Source of the DNA: Planctomycetota bacterium
GTDB lineage: Bacteria; Planctomycetota; Planctomycetia; Gemmatales; Gemmataceae
DNA: 64,000 nucleotides
NCBI GenBank assembly: GCA_016872595.1
Contig: VGZJ01000001.1
Location: 5,117 to 69,116 of the forward strand
Reading direction: 5' to 3'
The translations under genes and the position numbers were made by a program. Below are positions 36,749 to 48,050 of this stretch, in pieces. Position 1 is the first letter of the stretch; each line of letters begins with the position of its first letter. Below the pieces are notes generated by a model that ran no database searches, was not told the origin of the DNA, and worked only from the letters and a program-made list of their open reading frames with translations.

Positions 36749-37849
36749 ATGGCGCGTCGTAGCGCCGACCCTGCCAGTAGCACCGGCCCGAAATCGCCCT
36801 CCTCCGGCCTCCGCCGCTCGGACCGCTTCCTGATCGGCTTGCACCCGTTCGACCGGGTCGTTTTCGTTTCCCACGTCCAGCCCGACCCCGACAGCCTCGG
36901 GAGCATGATCGGCTTGGCGCACCTCGTCGAATCGCGCCTCGGCAAACCCACGGTCATCACCCGCGACGGCCTCATCAGCCGCGCCGAAAACCGGGCGATG
37001 GTGGACGTACTGCACCTCGATCTGGTGCCCGTCGAAGACGTGGACTGGCGGGCCAACGACGCCGTTGTGATGGTGGACAGCCAACCGCGAACCGGGCGAC
37101 ACACGTTCCCCGAAGACGTGCCCCTGTACGCGGTCCTCGACCACCACGACACGCCCGGCGACCTCGACGGGGTCGCGTTCACCGACATCCGCGCGACCCA
37201 CGGCGCGACCTGCACGCTCGTCACGAAATACCTGATGGAACAGGACGCGGTGATCCCGGAAAAGGTCGCCACCGCCCTGCTCTACGGCATCGAAACGGAA
37301 GTCACCGGCTACCCGCGCGAGGCCGGCCCCGCCGACGACGCGGCCCTCATCTCGCTCTACGCCGTCGCCGACAAAGACCTCATCGCCCAGATCCGCAACG
37401 CCCGTCTGCCGCACACCTACTTCGAGTGCATGCTGCAGGCGATGCAAAGTTCGTTCATCTACGACCGGCTCTCGATGAGTTGGGTGAACCCGCTGCCGCA
37501 ACCGGAACAGGCCGCGGAAGTAGTGGACTTCATGATCCGCTTCGAAAAGGTGGATTACGCCTTCTGCGGCGGGGTGTACGAAGACACGCTCGTTCTGTCG
37601 GTGCGCGCGGCCATCGAGAACGCCCACGCCGGCGAGATCTTGCGGCAGGTGGTCGGGAAACTCGGCCGCGCCGGGGGCCACGACCGGCGCGCCGGCGGTG
37701 CGATCCGCCTCACCAGCACCGCCCCCAGCGCCATCGAAGACATGCAAAGCGAGCTCCGCCGCCGGTTCCTCAAGGCGCTCAAGATCGAAGACGTCCGCGG
37801 TCAGCGCCTCGTCCCTCTCCGCGACATGCTCGAAAACCTGCAATCGTAA
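36749..37849 (+). CDS. DHH-family phosphoesterase (NrnA-like)
   Basis: VFVSHVQPDPDSLGS, VMVDSQP, LDHHDTPG and a DHHA1-type GGHDRRAGG motif. Start set at ATG 36749. Confidence 0.85.
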   Translation: MARRSADPASSTGPKSPSSGLRRSDRFLIGLHPFDRVVFVSHVQPDPDSLGSMIGLAHLVESRLGKPTVITRDGLISRAENRAMVDVLHLDLVPVEDVDWRANDAVVMVDSQPRTGRHTFPEDVPLYAVLDHHDTPGDLDGVAFTDIRATHGATCTLVTKYLMEQDAVIPEKVATALLYGIETEVTGYPREAGPADDAALISLYAVADKDLIAQIRNARLPHTYFECMLQAMQSSFIYDRLSMSWVNPLPQPEQAAEVVDFMIRFEKVDYAFCGGVYEDTLVLSVRAAIENAHAGEILRQVVGKLGRAGGHDRRAGGAIRLTSTAPSAIEDMQSELRRRFLKALKIEDVRGQRLVPLRDMLENLQS

Positions 37850-38350
37850 CGGACCTACCGAGCTAGCAATTACCTGAACTCGCGTTTACATTTCTCCCAC
37901 ACGACGCGCACTCGCAGGTGTGCGATTGTGGGGCAGTCGCGCCCGCCAACTGTCTAACTGTGCTATCCAGTTGGCCGAGACTTCCCACCGGCACCGAAAT
38001 TGCGCTCTAACATTCGCACAACGCGAATAGCGCCAACGATATTCCGGCCGAGTCGTCTGAAATCCTGAAACTATTGGGCCTTTGCGACGATCTTACTTAC
38101 AGCGCAAGGAACCTCCCCGCGACGTTTGGCACGAGGCGTGCACGAGAAAAACACCCCAATCGTCCCGAACCCGCGGATTCTTGAAAGATGTCAGGGGTAT
38201 GGCCCCCTATTATCAGTCAGTCGGGGAAATAGAACCGGGCTAGAGCGAATTACTAGTGCCCGAACGATTTCCCCAGCAGCGAAACCCGAACCCCTTTGGG
38301 CGGCCCCGGTTGCGACCGAGCGGCGCCCCCAAACGCCGGGAGGACTCACG

Positions 38351-38809
38351 ATGGCACGACAAGACGCACTACTCCGCCTCCACAAGAACCTGATCGCGCG
38401 GCGCACCGAACTGCGCAAGCGTTTGGGACTCGAACTCGAGGAACTCGGCCACATCAAGCACTCGTCGGCCTCCGGCGACGTGGCCGATGCCGCGTTCGAC
38501 GCCAGCGGCGAGGAAATCGCTTCCACACTGGCCGAACTCGAAGCAAAGGAGTTGGCCCAGATCGAGCGGGCGCTCCGCCGACTCAAGGCCGGCACCTACG
38601 GCAAGTGCGAGGTCTGCTCGCTCTCGATCCCGGTCGCCCGGCTCAACGCCCTTCCCTTCAGCACCTTCTGCGTGGGGTGCCAGCGCGAGATGGAGGCCGA
38701 TGGCGGCTGGAACGGCGCGAACGGTCACACCGACTGGGGCCGGATCGCCGACGGCACCACGATGGACGAGCGCGAGGTCAGCATCTCGGAGCTCGAGCGC
38801 TCGACCTGA
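38351..38809 (+). CDS. DksA/TraR-family C4 zinc-finger protein
   Basis: GGAGG 9 nt upstream of ATG 38351. A coiled-coil N-terminal part, then CEVCSLSIPVARLNALPFSTFCVGCQ. Confidence 0.85.
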   Translation: MARQDALLRLHKNLIARRTELRKRLGLELEELGHIKHSSASGDVADAAFDASGEEIASTLAELEAKELAQIERALRRLKAGTYGKCEVCSLSIPVARLNALPFSTFCVGCQREMEADGGWNGANGHTDWGRIADGTTMDEREVSISELERST

Positions 38810-39026
38810 GCAAGTCGGGCCGGTTGCGCCGGTTCTGCGAGGCCCGTGGCCTGAACAGGCCGCGGGCTTTGTTCGTGTTGTACCGGCGCGCGGCCCGACG
38901 CTGTTGCGCCTTTAGCGATCGCGGTCCCGTTCCCGCTTCGCGCGGCGGGTAGAGTGGAACAGGTTGCGCCGCGCGCCCTTCACCCGAATCGCGCCGGCCC
39001 ACCCACTTTCACTCAAGGAGCGCGAC

Positions 39027-40181
39027 ATGCGCGGAAAGCTGGTGCCGGTCGCGGCGTGCGGGCTGTGCGCGTTCCTCGGCGGCGCGGTCGCTCAGGTGTG
39101 GTTCTCGACGCCGGCCCCGGTCGCGGCGCAGCCCGGCCCGCCCCTGCCCCCTGTCCCGGACCTCTTCGGCGCGGACAAGGACAAAGACAAGGCCGCGCTG
39201 CCCGCCGAGCGGTTCCAATCGATCGCGCGGCAGTTCAGCCCGTGCGTCGTCGCGGTGGACGCGGTCAAGCCGCCCGCGCCCGGTTCAAAGACCAACCAGC
39301 CCGAAGAGGAGTCCGGGTCCGGCGTCATCCTCAAATTCCCCGGCGCGAGCGGAGTCGTCGTCGTCACCAACTACCACGTCGTCGGCGCGGCCCCGGCGAA
39401 CAAGGTGTACGTCACCCTCTCAGACGGGCGCATCGTCCAACCGGCGCGGACTTGGACCGACCCGGAATCCGACATCGCGCTCTTGAACATCGAAGACGAC
39501 ACGCTGCCGACCGCGGCTCTCGCGGACAGCGACCGCGTCAAGCGTGGCCAATGGGTACTGGCATTCGGCAGCCCGTTCGGGCTGAACCAGACCGTGACGC
39601 ACGGGATCATCTCGGCCACGAACCGCGGGCAGATTTCGCTCGGCTCGACGATCCGCATCAAGGAGTTCCTGCAAACGGACGCGGCCATCAACCCCGGCAG
39701 TAGCGGCGGCCCACTCGTCGATCTCGACGGCAAGGTGGTGGGCATCAACACGGCCATCGCCTCGAAGAGCGGGAGCAGCAGCGGCGTGTCGTTCAGCATC
39801 CCGGCGAACATGGTGAAGCGGATCGCGGCGCAGCTCATCGAAAAGGGCAGCGTGACCCGCGGCTACCTTGGCGTGCAGCTAGCGACCGCGCTCGAACCGT
39901 CGGAAGCGCTGCGGTTGGGCCTTTCGCGCGTCAGCGGGGCGCTGGTGGAGATCGTTCACCCCAACACGCCGGCGAGCGCCGCCGGCCTGCGCGTCGGCGA
40001 CGTGATTCTACAAATCGAGGACGTAATCGTGCGCGACGAGAACCACCTGATCAACACGGTGTGCGCGCTGCCGCCCGGCCAGAAAGTGAGGCTGACGGTA
40101 TGGCGCGATAAGAAGTCGCAAGCCGTAGACGTGACCATCGGTGAGTACGCGCCGCGCACGTCGCGGAGCGCGCGCCCGTAG
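39027..40181 (+). CDS. HtrA/DegP-family serine protease with a PDZ domain
   Basis: AAGGAG RBS and a signal/anchor sequence. Catalytic triad context TNYHVV, DIALL, NPGSSGGPLV. PDZ region GALVEIVHPNTPASAAGLRVGDVIL. Confidence 0.9.
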   Translation: MRGKLVPVAACGLCAFLGGAVAQVWFSTPAPVAAQPGPPLPPVPDLFGADKDKDKAALPAERFQSIARQFSPCVVAVDAVKPPAPGSKTNQPEEESGSGVILKFPGASGVVVVTNYHVVGAAPANKVYVTLSDGRIVQPARTWTDPESDIALLNIEDDTLPTAALADSDRVKRGQWVLAFGSPFGLNQTVTHGIISATNRGQISLGSTIRIKEFLQTDAAINPGSSGGPLVDLDGKVVGINTAIASKSGSSSGVSFSIPANMVKRIAAQLIEKGSVTRGYLGVQLATALEPSEALRLGLSRVSGALVEIVHPNTPASAAGLRVGDVILQIEDVIVRDENHLINTVCALPPGQKVRLTVWRDKKSQAVDVTIGEYAPRTSRSARP

Positions 40182-40257
40182 TGCGAACCGGACCACAAAC
40201 GAACGCGGGCCACCCTTCGTGGCGGCCCGTAGTGCTTCGGCGCGGAACGGAGGGGGG

Positions 40258-40365
40258 TTAGTCCTCGTTCTGTTGCTTTTTCCGGAGGAAGATCATCAGG
40301 CCGATGAGCGCGAGTAGCGCCACGAACATGCCGGCCATCACCCACCAATTGCCCAAGAAGTCCAT
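40258..40365 (-). CDS. 35-aa single-TM peptide (hypothetical)
   Basis: ATG..TAA ORF MDFLGNWWVMAGMFVALLALIGLMIFLRKKQQNED, not in the ORF track because it is too short. A hydrophobic core plus a basic tail. Weak evidence only. Confidence 0.3.
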   Translation of the reverse strand: MDFLGNWWVMAGMFVALLALIGLMIFLRKKQQNED

Positions 40366-40636
40366 GATCGTTCCCCTTAAAGGTCGGCCCTTTCCGGGCG
40401 CGCGAATGATAGGGCCGGGTCGGTTGCGAGTCTCACGGACCGCGGCCCCGGTACGTTTAGCACCCGTGTTCTACTCGCCCCCGCCCGGCGATGCAAGCGC
40501 GCATCCAAAAAACCTTGAAATACTCACGCCCCGCGCGCCTTGCCACCCCACCGGCGCGCCCCATTATTAACGAGTGTGTGCGCGAGATCATTCGACATCG
40601 AGAGACCTCTCCCCTCTCTCGGCCCACTGGACGACG

Positions 40637-43600
40637 ATGAACGCGACCGGCCCGGAACGGGTTCGCACCGGCACTCTCCTCTACACCGACGACATCGGCC
40701 GCGACGCCTGCGGCATCGGCGGGGTCGCCGCGCGCGACGGGAAACCGTCGGCCGAGGTGCTACGCAAAACCGTTCTCGCGCTCCGCGCGATGGAGCACCG
40801 CGGCGGCGTGTGCGGCGACGCCGGCGACGGCGCGGGGGTCCTCGCCGCCATCCCCCAAGAGTTCTTCCGCGAAGAGGCCAAGCGGCTAAAGTTCGACGGC
40901 GCGCGCGACCTGCGCGCCGAAGACGCACTCGCCGTCGGCGTGCTGTTCGTCTTCGAACCGGACGCCGCGCGCGCCGAACAGGTCCGAAGGCTCGTGCGCG
41001 AGTTGACCGCCGGCGGACCGGTCACGCTGCTCGGCTTCCGCTCCGTGCCCACGAACGAAGACGCGCTCCCGGCGAAAGCCCGCGCCACGCGCCCCAGCGC
41101 CATTGACCACGCGCTGTTCAAGGTCGAAGGCGATCCCGCCGACGCCGACAAGTGGCTGTTCCTGCGCCGCCTCGAACTGCGCCAGCGACTCAGCGCCGCC
41201 GGCCTCAGCGCCTACATGCCGACGCTGTCGGCGCGCGTGATCGGCTACAAAGGGCTGTTCACCAGCGGGCAACTCGCGGACTTTTACGTTGACCTGACGA
41301 ACCCGGCGTTCGAGACCGGCATCGCCACGTTCCACCGCCGGTACAGCACGAACACCTTCCCGAACTGGACCCTCGGCCAGCCGTTCCGCTTGACCTGCCA
41401 CAACGGCGAGATCAACACCGTTCGCACGAACCGCAACGCGGTCAGCGCGTTCGCCCGCGCGCTCCAGCCGCCGCTGCCCAGTGGCGAACTGCTGACGCCG
41501 CGGATGAGCGACTCCGCGAGCCTCGACGAGTGGGTCGAGTACCTGATGCTCCAACAGAACTGGAGCATGTTGCGCGCGCTGCGGCTGTCGATCCCGCCCG
41601 TGTGGGATACCGAGGCCGACGTGTGGGGCCAAGAAGCGTTCGACCTATTCACCTACTATCGGCGCACGTTCGGCAGCCTCGCCGCGTGGGACGGCCCCGC
41701 GGGCATCATCGGCACCGACGGCCGGATGCTCGTCGGCCTCGTGGACCGCATGGGCCTGCGCCCGGTGCGCTGGTGCTCGGACCGCCGCGGCTGGCTCTAC
41801 ATCGGCTCCGAGTCCGGCGTGTACGGCCTCGACAACACCACCATCGTCGCCAGCGGGCAGCTCCAACCCGGCCAGATGATCGCGCTGGACACCGCGACCG
41901 GCGAGCGCCTCGATAGCTACCAAATCATGGCCCGCGTCGTCGCCGAAGCGAGGGACGAACTGGGCGACGTGCGCGAACTGAACCGCCGGCAGATCGTCAT
42001 TCCCGAAGGGTTCGACTACACGCGCCAAGTCGATGACACCGTGGGCGCGATGCTGGCGGATCGGACGTGGTCGCTCGACCACCTGCTGCAGGCCGCCGGC
42101 TGGGACTTCGACCGCGCGGTGTTCGTGCGCGACATGGCGAAGCTCAAGAAGGAGCCGCTGTCGAGCATGGGTCACGACCGCGTGCTGACCGTCTTCAGCC
42201 AGCACCACCCGACGCTGTTCAAGTACCTGCAGCAGACGTTCGCGGAGGTGACGAACCCGCCCATCGACCCGTACCGCGAAGGCGGGGCGATGTCTCTGGC
42301 GACGTACTTGGGGCGCGCGCAGGCGAACCCGTCGCGCGCGAGCGACGACGCGCTGCTGCTGCTGCGCCAAATGGAACTGCCCTCCCCCGTCATCTCCGAC
42401 GCCATCGTCGAAGAGATTCGACTGAACGAGGTGCTGGCGTTCGAACTGCTCGACGCGACCTTCCCGCTGTCCGGCGGGGCCGAGGCGCTGAAGGCGAGCC
42501 TCGTCGCGCTCCAGAGCGCCGCGGAGAAGGCCGTTCACGCCGGCAACCACGTCCTTTGCATCTCCGACAAAGAGGCGTGCAAGCGCGGCATCTTCCCGAT
42601 CCCGTCGCTGCTCGCGCTCGGCGCGGTGCACCAGTACCTGTGTCGGCAGGGCTTGCGCGACAAGTGCAGCCTCATCGTGCAGGCCGGCGACATTCAAGAG
42701 GGCCACGACGTCTGCTGCCTCGTGGCGTTCGGCGCGGACGCGGTCCACCCGTACCTCATGCTGCGGCTCGTCAAGGACGGCCTCACGTTCAAGGACCCGG
42801 ACTCGAAGAACGAGTACCGGCTCGAACCGCGCGAGGCGCTGGAGAACCTGTTCGCGGCGCTCGAAGACACAATCAAGAAGGTGATCTCCAAGATGGGGAT
42901 CACGACTATCGAGGGCTATCGCGGGGCGCAACTGTTCGAGGCAGTCGGGTTCGGCCCGGAGCTGATGGCGTTTCTCGGCGACTTCCCCTCGCGGCTCGGC
43001 GGCATCGGGTTCGCGGAACTCGTCGAGGACGCGCAGTGGCGCGTACAGCAGGCCGAGAAGATGACCGTGCTGGGCCGCAACCGCGACTATCACGCCTTCA
43101 ACGCGAAGGTGCGGATGGCGCTGCGCGACGCCGTGAAGGAGGCCCACCCGGAGCCGGAACAGGGCGGTGGCGAGATGGCCTACACCGCGCCGCCGGAAGA
43201 GACCGACCCGAACGCGCCCATCAAGGTCGGCGAGAAGTTCGTGAAGTTCTCGGACATGGTCAACACCCGCGTGCCCACCGTACTGCGAGACCTGTTTAGC
43301 GTTGCGTTTGGTGCCAAGCCGCAAGCGGCGCACGAAGTCCAGCCGGCGCAGGACATCATCAAGAACCACTTCCGCGGCGCGGCCATGAGTCACGGGGCGC
43401 TGACCGGCGCGTCGCACATGACCATCGCCGCGGCCGTGAACGAACTGGGCGCGACCAGCAACAGCGGCGAGGGCGGCGAGGCCCGCTGGCGCAACGACCT
43501 CCCCGCCCGCGCCTACGGCCCGTTCTGGGACAAGGTCCGCGCGCAGCGGCTGGCGCACCCGGAAATCTACACCCTCGGCGGCGACCTCGCGAAGAGCCGG

Positions 43601-45349
43601 TTCCGCAGCCGCATCCGGCAGGTCGCCAGCGGGCGGTTCGGGGTCGACGCCGAGTACCTCGTCAACGCCGACGAACTGTCCATCAAGATGGCGCAGGGCG
43701 CGAAGCCCGGCGAGGGCGGGCAGTTGATGGGCAAGAAGGTGACGACCGAGATCGCGGAGATCCGGTTCGCCAAGCCCGGCACCGACCTCATTAGCCCGCC
43801 GCCGCACCACGACATCTACAGTATCGAAGACCTCGCGCAACTCATCTACGACCTGAAGGCCGCGAAGCCCGGCACGCCGGTATCGGTGAAGCTCGTCGCG
43901 GTCGAGAACATCGGCACCATCGCCGTGGGCGTGGCGAAGGCCGGCGCGGACATCATCGAGATCGACGGCATCGACGGCGGCACCGGCGCGGCGATGGTGT
44001 CCTCGAAGGAGCACGCCGGCCTGCCGAGCGAGATGGGTTTGGCCGAGGCGCATCAGGCGCTCGTCGTGAACGGGATGCGCACCTGCGTGAAGCTCCGCGT
44101 CGGCGGCGGCATCAAGAACGGCCACGACGTCATCAAGTACGCGCTGTTCGGCGCGGACGAGTTCAGCTTCGGGCAGGGGCTGATGGTGTCCGTCGGCTGC
44201 ATCGTGTGCAAGTCGTGCCACATCCCGAACTGCCCGACCGGGATCACCGGTAGCCCGGAAATCTTCAAGGGCCACCCCGAACACACGAAGGCGTACCTGC
44301 ACGCGGTCGCGAACGAAGTGCGCGCGCTGCTCGCACGCATGGGCTTCAAGCACCTGAGCGAGATCACCGGGCGCACCGACCTGCTCACCAAGCGCACCGA
44401 CTTCAAGAAGGAACACTCGCGGGCCGCGCTGCTCGACGTGTCGCGGTTCCTCCAACCGGACATGGCGATGTCGCGACTCGCGGCGAACCACCCGCAGGTG
44501 CCGGGGAACCGCGGCGTGTGCGACATGACCGGCTCGCTGAATGACAGAATCTTGGCCGCGGCCTACGACGCCATCGACACCGCGCAGAACGCCGACCTCG
44601 TGTTCCGCGTGAAGAACAGCGACCGCGCCGTGGGGGCGACGGTCGCGGGGCAGATCGCCAAGCTGTACGGCCGCGAGGGAATGCCGAACCACCGCAAGAT
44701 CAAGGTGCGGCTCGACGGCGAAGTGGGCCAGAGCTTCGGCGCGTGGTGCGTGAACGGCCTCGACCTCGAACTGCGCGGGTTCGCGCAGGACGGCGTCGCG
44801 AAGGGGATCAGCGGCGGCACCGTCGTCGTCACGCTCGACTACACGATCAGCAACTACGGCGGCGAGATTCAGAGCTTGACCGGGAACAACGTGGGCTACG
44901 GCGCGACCGGCGGCACGGTGTTCATCGGCGGGCGCGCGGGCCACCGGCTCGGCATCCGTAACAGCGGGGCGACCATCGTGGCCGAGGCCGCGGGCAAGTA
45001 CGCCTGCGAGTACATGACCCGTGGCAAGGTTCTCATCCTCGGGCCGGTGGAGAACGAGATCGGCTCCGGCATGACCGGCGGCGAGTTGTTCGTCTTCGAC
45101 CCCGAGACCGAAGCCCCCGCGAAGCTGCACGGCAAGAGCGTGACCGTCATCGACTGCTCGCACGTCGATTACGAGTGGATGCACCCGCTGCTGCACCAGT
45201 ACTTCGCCCGCACCGGCAGCCGGCAGGCGGAACACATCCTGAAGAACTGGGCCGACGTGCGCCGCGGCCGCCGGCTCCGCAAGGTACTCCCGCTCGCGGT
45301 CGCGCGGGCGATGGAAGACCTGAAAACCGCTGGCACCAACGCCGGCTAG
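40637..45349 (+). CDS. gltB: glutamate synthase large subunit
   Basis: N-terminal amidotransferase Cys (DACGIGGVA), central and FMN-binding domains (GEGGE.., ISPPPHHDIYSIEDL, IDGIDGGTGAA), and a C-terminal GXGXG domain. Start set at ATG 40637. Confidence 0.95.
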   Translation: MNATGPERVRTGTLLYTDDIGRDACGIGGVAARDGKPSAEVLRKTVLALRAMEHRGGVCGDAGDGAGVLAAIPQEFFREEAKRLKFDGARDLRAEDALAVGVLFVFEPDAARAEQVRRLVRELTAGGPVTLLGFRSVPTNEDALPAKARATRPSAIDHALFKVEGDPADADKWLFLRRLELRQRLSAAGLSAYMPTLSARVIGYKGLFTSGQLADFYVDLTNPAFETGIATFHRRYSTNTFPNWTLGQPFRLTCHNGEINTVRTNRNAVSAFARALQPPLPSGELLTPRMSDSASLDEWVEYLMLQQNWSMLRALRLSIPPVWDTEADVWGQEAFDLFTYYRRTFGSLAAWDGPAGIIGTDGRMLVGLVDRMGLRPVRWCSDRRGWLYIGSESGVYGLDNTTIVASGQLQPGQMIALDTATGERLDSYQIMARVVAEARDELGDVRELNRRQIVIPEGFDYTRQVDDTVGAMLADRTWSLDHLLQAAGWDFDRAVFVRDMAKLKKEPLSSMGHDRVLTVFSQHHPTLFKYLQQTFAEVTNPPIDPYREGGAMSLATYLGRAQANPSRASDDALLLLRQMELPSPVISDAIVEEIRLNEVLAFELLDATFPLSGGAEALKASLVALQSAAEKAVHAGNHVLCISDKEACKRGIFPIPSLLALGAVHQYLCRQGLRDKCSLIVQAGDIQEGHDVCCLVAFGADAVHPYLMLRLVKDGLTFKDPDSKNEYRLEPREALENLFAALEDTIKKVISKMGITTIEGYRGAQLFEAVGFGPELMAFLGDFPSRLGGIGFAELVEDAQWRVQQAEKMTVLGRNRDYHAFNAKVRMALRDAVKEAHPEPEQGGGEMAYTAPPEETDPNAPIKVGEKFVKFSDMVNTRVPTVLRDLFSVAFGAKPQAAHEVQPAQDIIKNHFRGAAMSHGALTGASHMTIAAAVNELGATSNSGEGGEARWRNDLPARAYGPFWDKVRAQRLAHPEIYTLGGDLAKSRFRSRIRQVASGRFGVDAEYLVNADELSIKMAQGAKPGEGGQLMGKKVTTEIAEIRFAKPGTDLISPPPHHDIYSIEDLAQLIYDLKAAKPGTPVSVKLVAVENIGTIAVGVAKAGADIIEIDGIDGGTGAAMVSSKEHAGLPSEMGLAEAHQALVVNGMRTCVKLRVGGGIKNGHDVIKYALFGADEFSFGQGLMVSVGCIVCKSCHIPNCPTGITGSPEIFKGHPEHTKAYLHAVANEVRALLARMGFKHLSEITGRTDLLTKRTDFKKEHSRAALLDVSRFLQPDMAMSRLAANHPQVPGNRGVCDMTGSLNDRILAAAYDAIDTAQNADLVFRVKNSDRAVGATVAGQIAKLYGREGMPNHRKIKVRLDGEVGQSFGAWCVNGLDLELRGFAQDGVAKGISGGTVVVTLDYTISNYGGEIQSLTGNNVGYGATGGTVFIGGRAGHRLGIRNSGATIVAEAAGKYACEYMTRGKVLILGPVENEIGSGMTGGELFVFDPETEAPAKLHGKSVTVIDCSHVDYEWMHPLLHQYFARTGSRQAEHILKNWADVRRGRRLRKVLPLAVARAMEDLKTAGTNAG

Positions 45350-45396
45350 CGGCGATGATGGCGCGTCGAACCGGACACGCCATCGAGAGCCACACC

Positions 45397-46821
<1,425 letters not shown>

Positions 46822-46920
46822 GCGCGCACGGGGTGGCGAACGCAAAGCCGTGCTGACCCCGGGCTATTGAGTGCAACGCCTTCGGCGTAACGACGAGAAC
46901 CAATACAGCGAGGAGCAGCT

Positions 46921-47934
46921 ATGTATCGCCTACTCACCCTCTCGGCGCTCGTCGCGCTCGCGGCTCCGCGCGCCAGCGCCGCGGACGCCAAGCCGCTCGC
47001 GCTCGAGGGGCACGCGGCCGGCGTGCCCGCGGTCGTCTTCATCGGCGACGGGAAGGTTCTCGCCACAGGGAGCGAGGACATGACCGTGAAGTTGTGGGAC
47101 GCCGCCACCGGCAAGGAACTTGCGGCACTGAAGACCGGCGCGGTGCAGTCGCTCGCCAGTTCGCGCGACGGGGCGCGGCTCGCGGTCGGCGCGCACACCG
47201 GTACGGTGCGCGTGTGGGACGTCGAGACGCGCAAGGAACTGCTAGCGTACAAATCGTCCAAAGGCGATACCGCGGGGCTGGAGTTCTCGCCCGACGGCAA
47301 GGTCCTCGCGGTCGGCGGCGGCGGGTTCGACGGCAAGGCCGACAAAGCGTTCGGCTCGATCACGCTGCTGAACGCGACCGACGGGCGCGAACTGATGTCG
47401 GTCCCGTGGCCCGACAACCGCGTGACCGGGATCGCCTTCGCCCCGGACGGCAAGACACTCGCGGCGTGCAGCAGCAACGGCACGGTCGTGCTGTGGGACA
47501 CGGCCACCGGCAAGAAGATCAGCGACCTTGGCACGAACCCGAACGGCGCGAGCGGCCTCGCCTATTCGCCGGACGGCAAGCTCGTGGCGTGCGGCAACTT
47601 CTACCGCGAACTCACCATCAAGTTGTGGGACGTGACAACCGGCAAGGAGGTACGCACGCTCACGAAGAAGTCGAACGTGTCCGCGTTCGCGCTGCGGTTC
47701 GGCCCGGACAGCAAGACGCTGGCCGTGGGCGGGTTCGATCAGGACGCGCTGCGCGACACCAAGGCGCGCGGCGCGTACGTCGCGCTGTGGGACACCGACA
47801 CCGGCAAGGAGCGCGCGCTCGCCGGCCACACGCGCGGGGTGACGTCCGTGGCGCTGTCGCGCGACGGAACACGCCTCGCTGCGAGCGGACTCGACAAGGC
47901 CGCGCGCGTGTGGGAGTTGAAGGAAGACAAATAA
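46921..47934 (+). CDS. secreted WD40-repeat protein
   Basis: Signal peptide MYRLLTLSALVALAAPRASA. Repeated ..DG..LA.G..D.TV.LWD.. blades. Confidence 0.88.
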   Translation: MYRLLTLSALVALAAPRASAADAKPLALEGHAAGVPAVVFIGDGKVLATGSEDMTVKLWDAATGKELAALKTGAVQSLASSRDGARLAVGAHTGTVRVWDVETRKELLAYKSSKGDTAGLEFSPDGKVLAVGGGGFDGKADKAFGSITLLNATDGRELMSVPWPDNRVTGIAFAPDGKTLAACSSNGTVVLWDTATGKKISDLGTNPNGASGLAYSPDGKLVACGNFYRELTIKLWDVTTGKEVRTLTKKSNVSAFALRFGPDSKTLAVGGFDQDALRDTKARGAYVALWDTDTGKERALAGHTRGVTSVALSRDGTRLAASGLDKAARVWELKEDK

Positions 47935-48050
47935 TTAACTCCCGTCGCTCGCGGTCTCGCGAGCCCCGGACGGGGCCGCAAGTGGCGCACGTGTCACCGG
48001 CGCGCGCGTCCCGTATACTCTCCTCACTTTCACCCGCCGGAGAACCGTAC

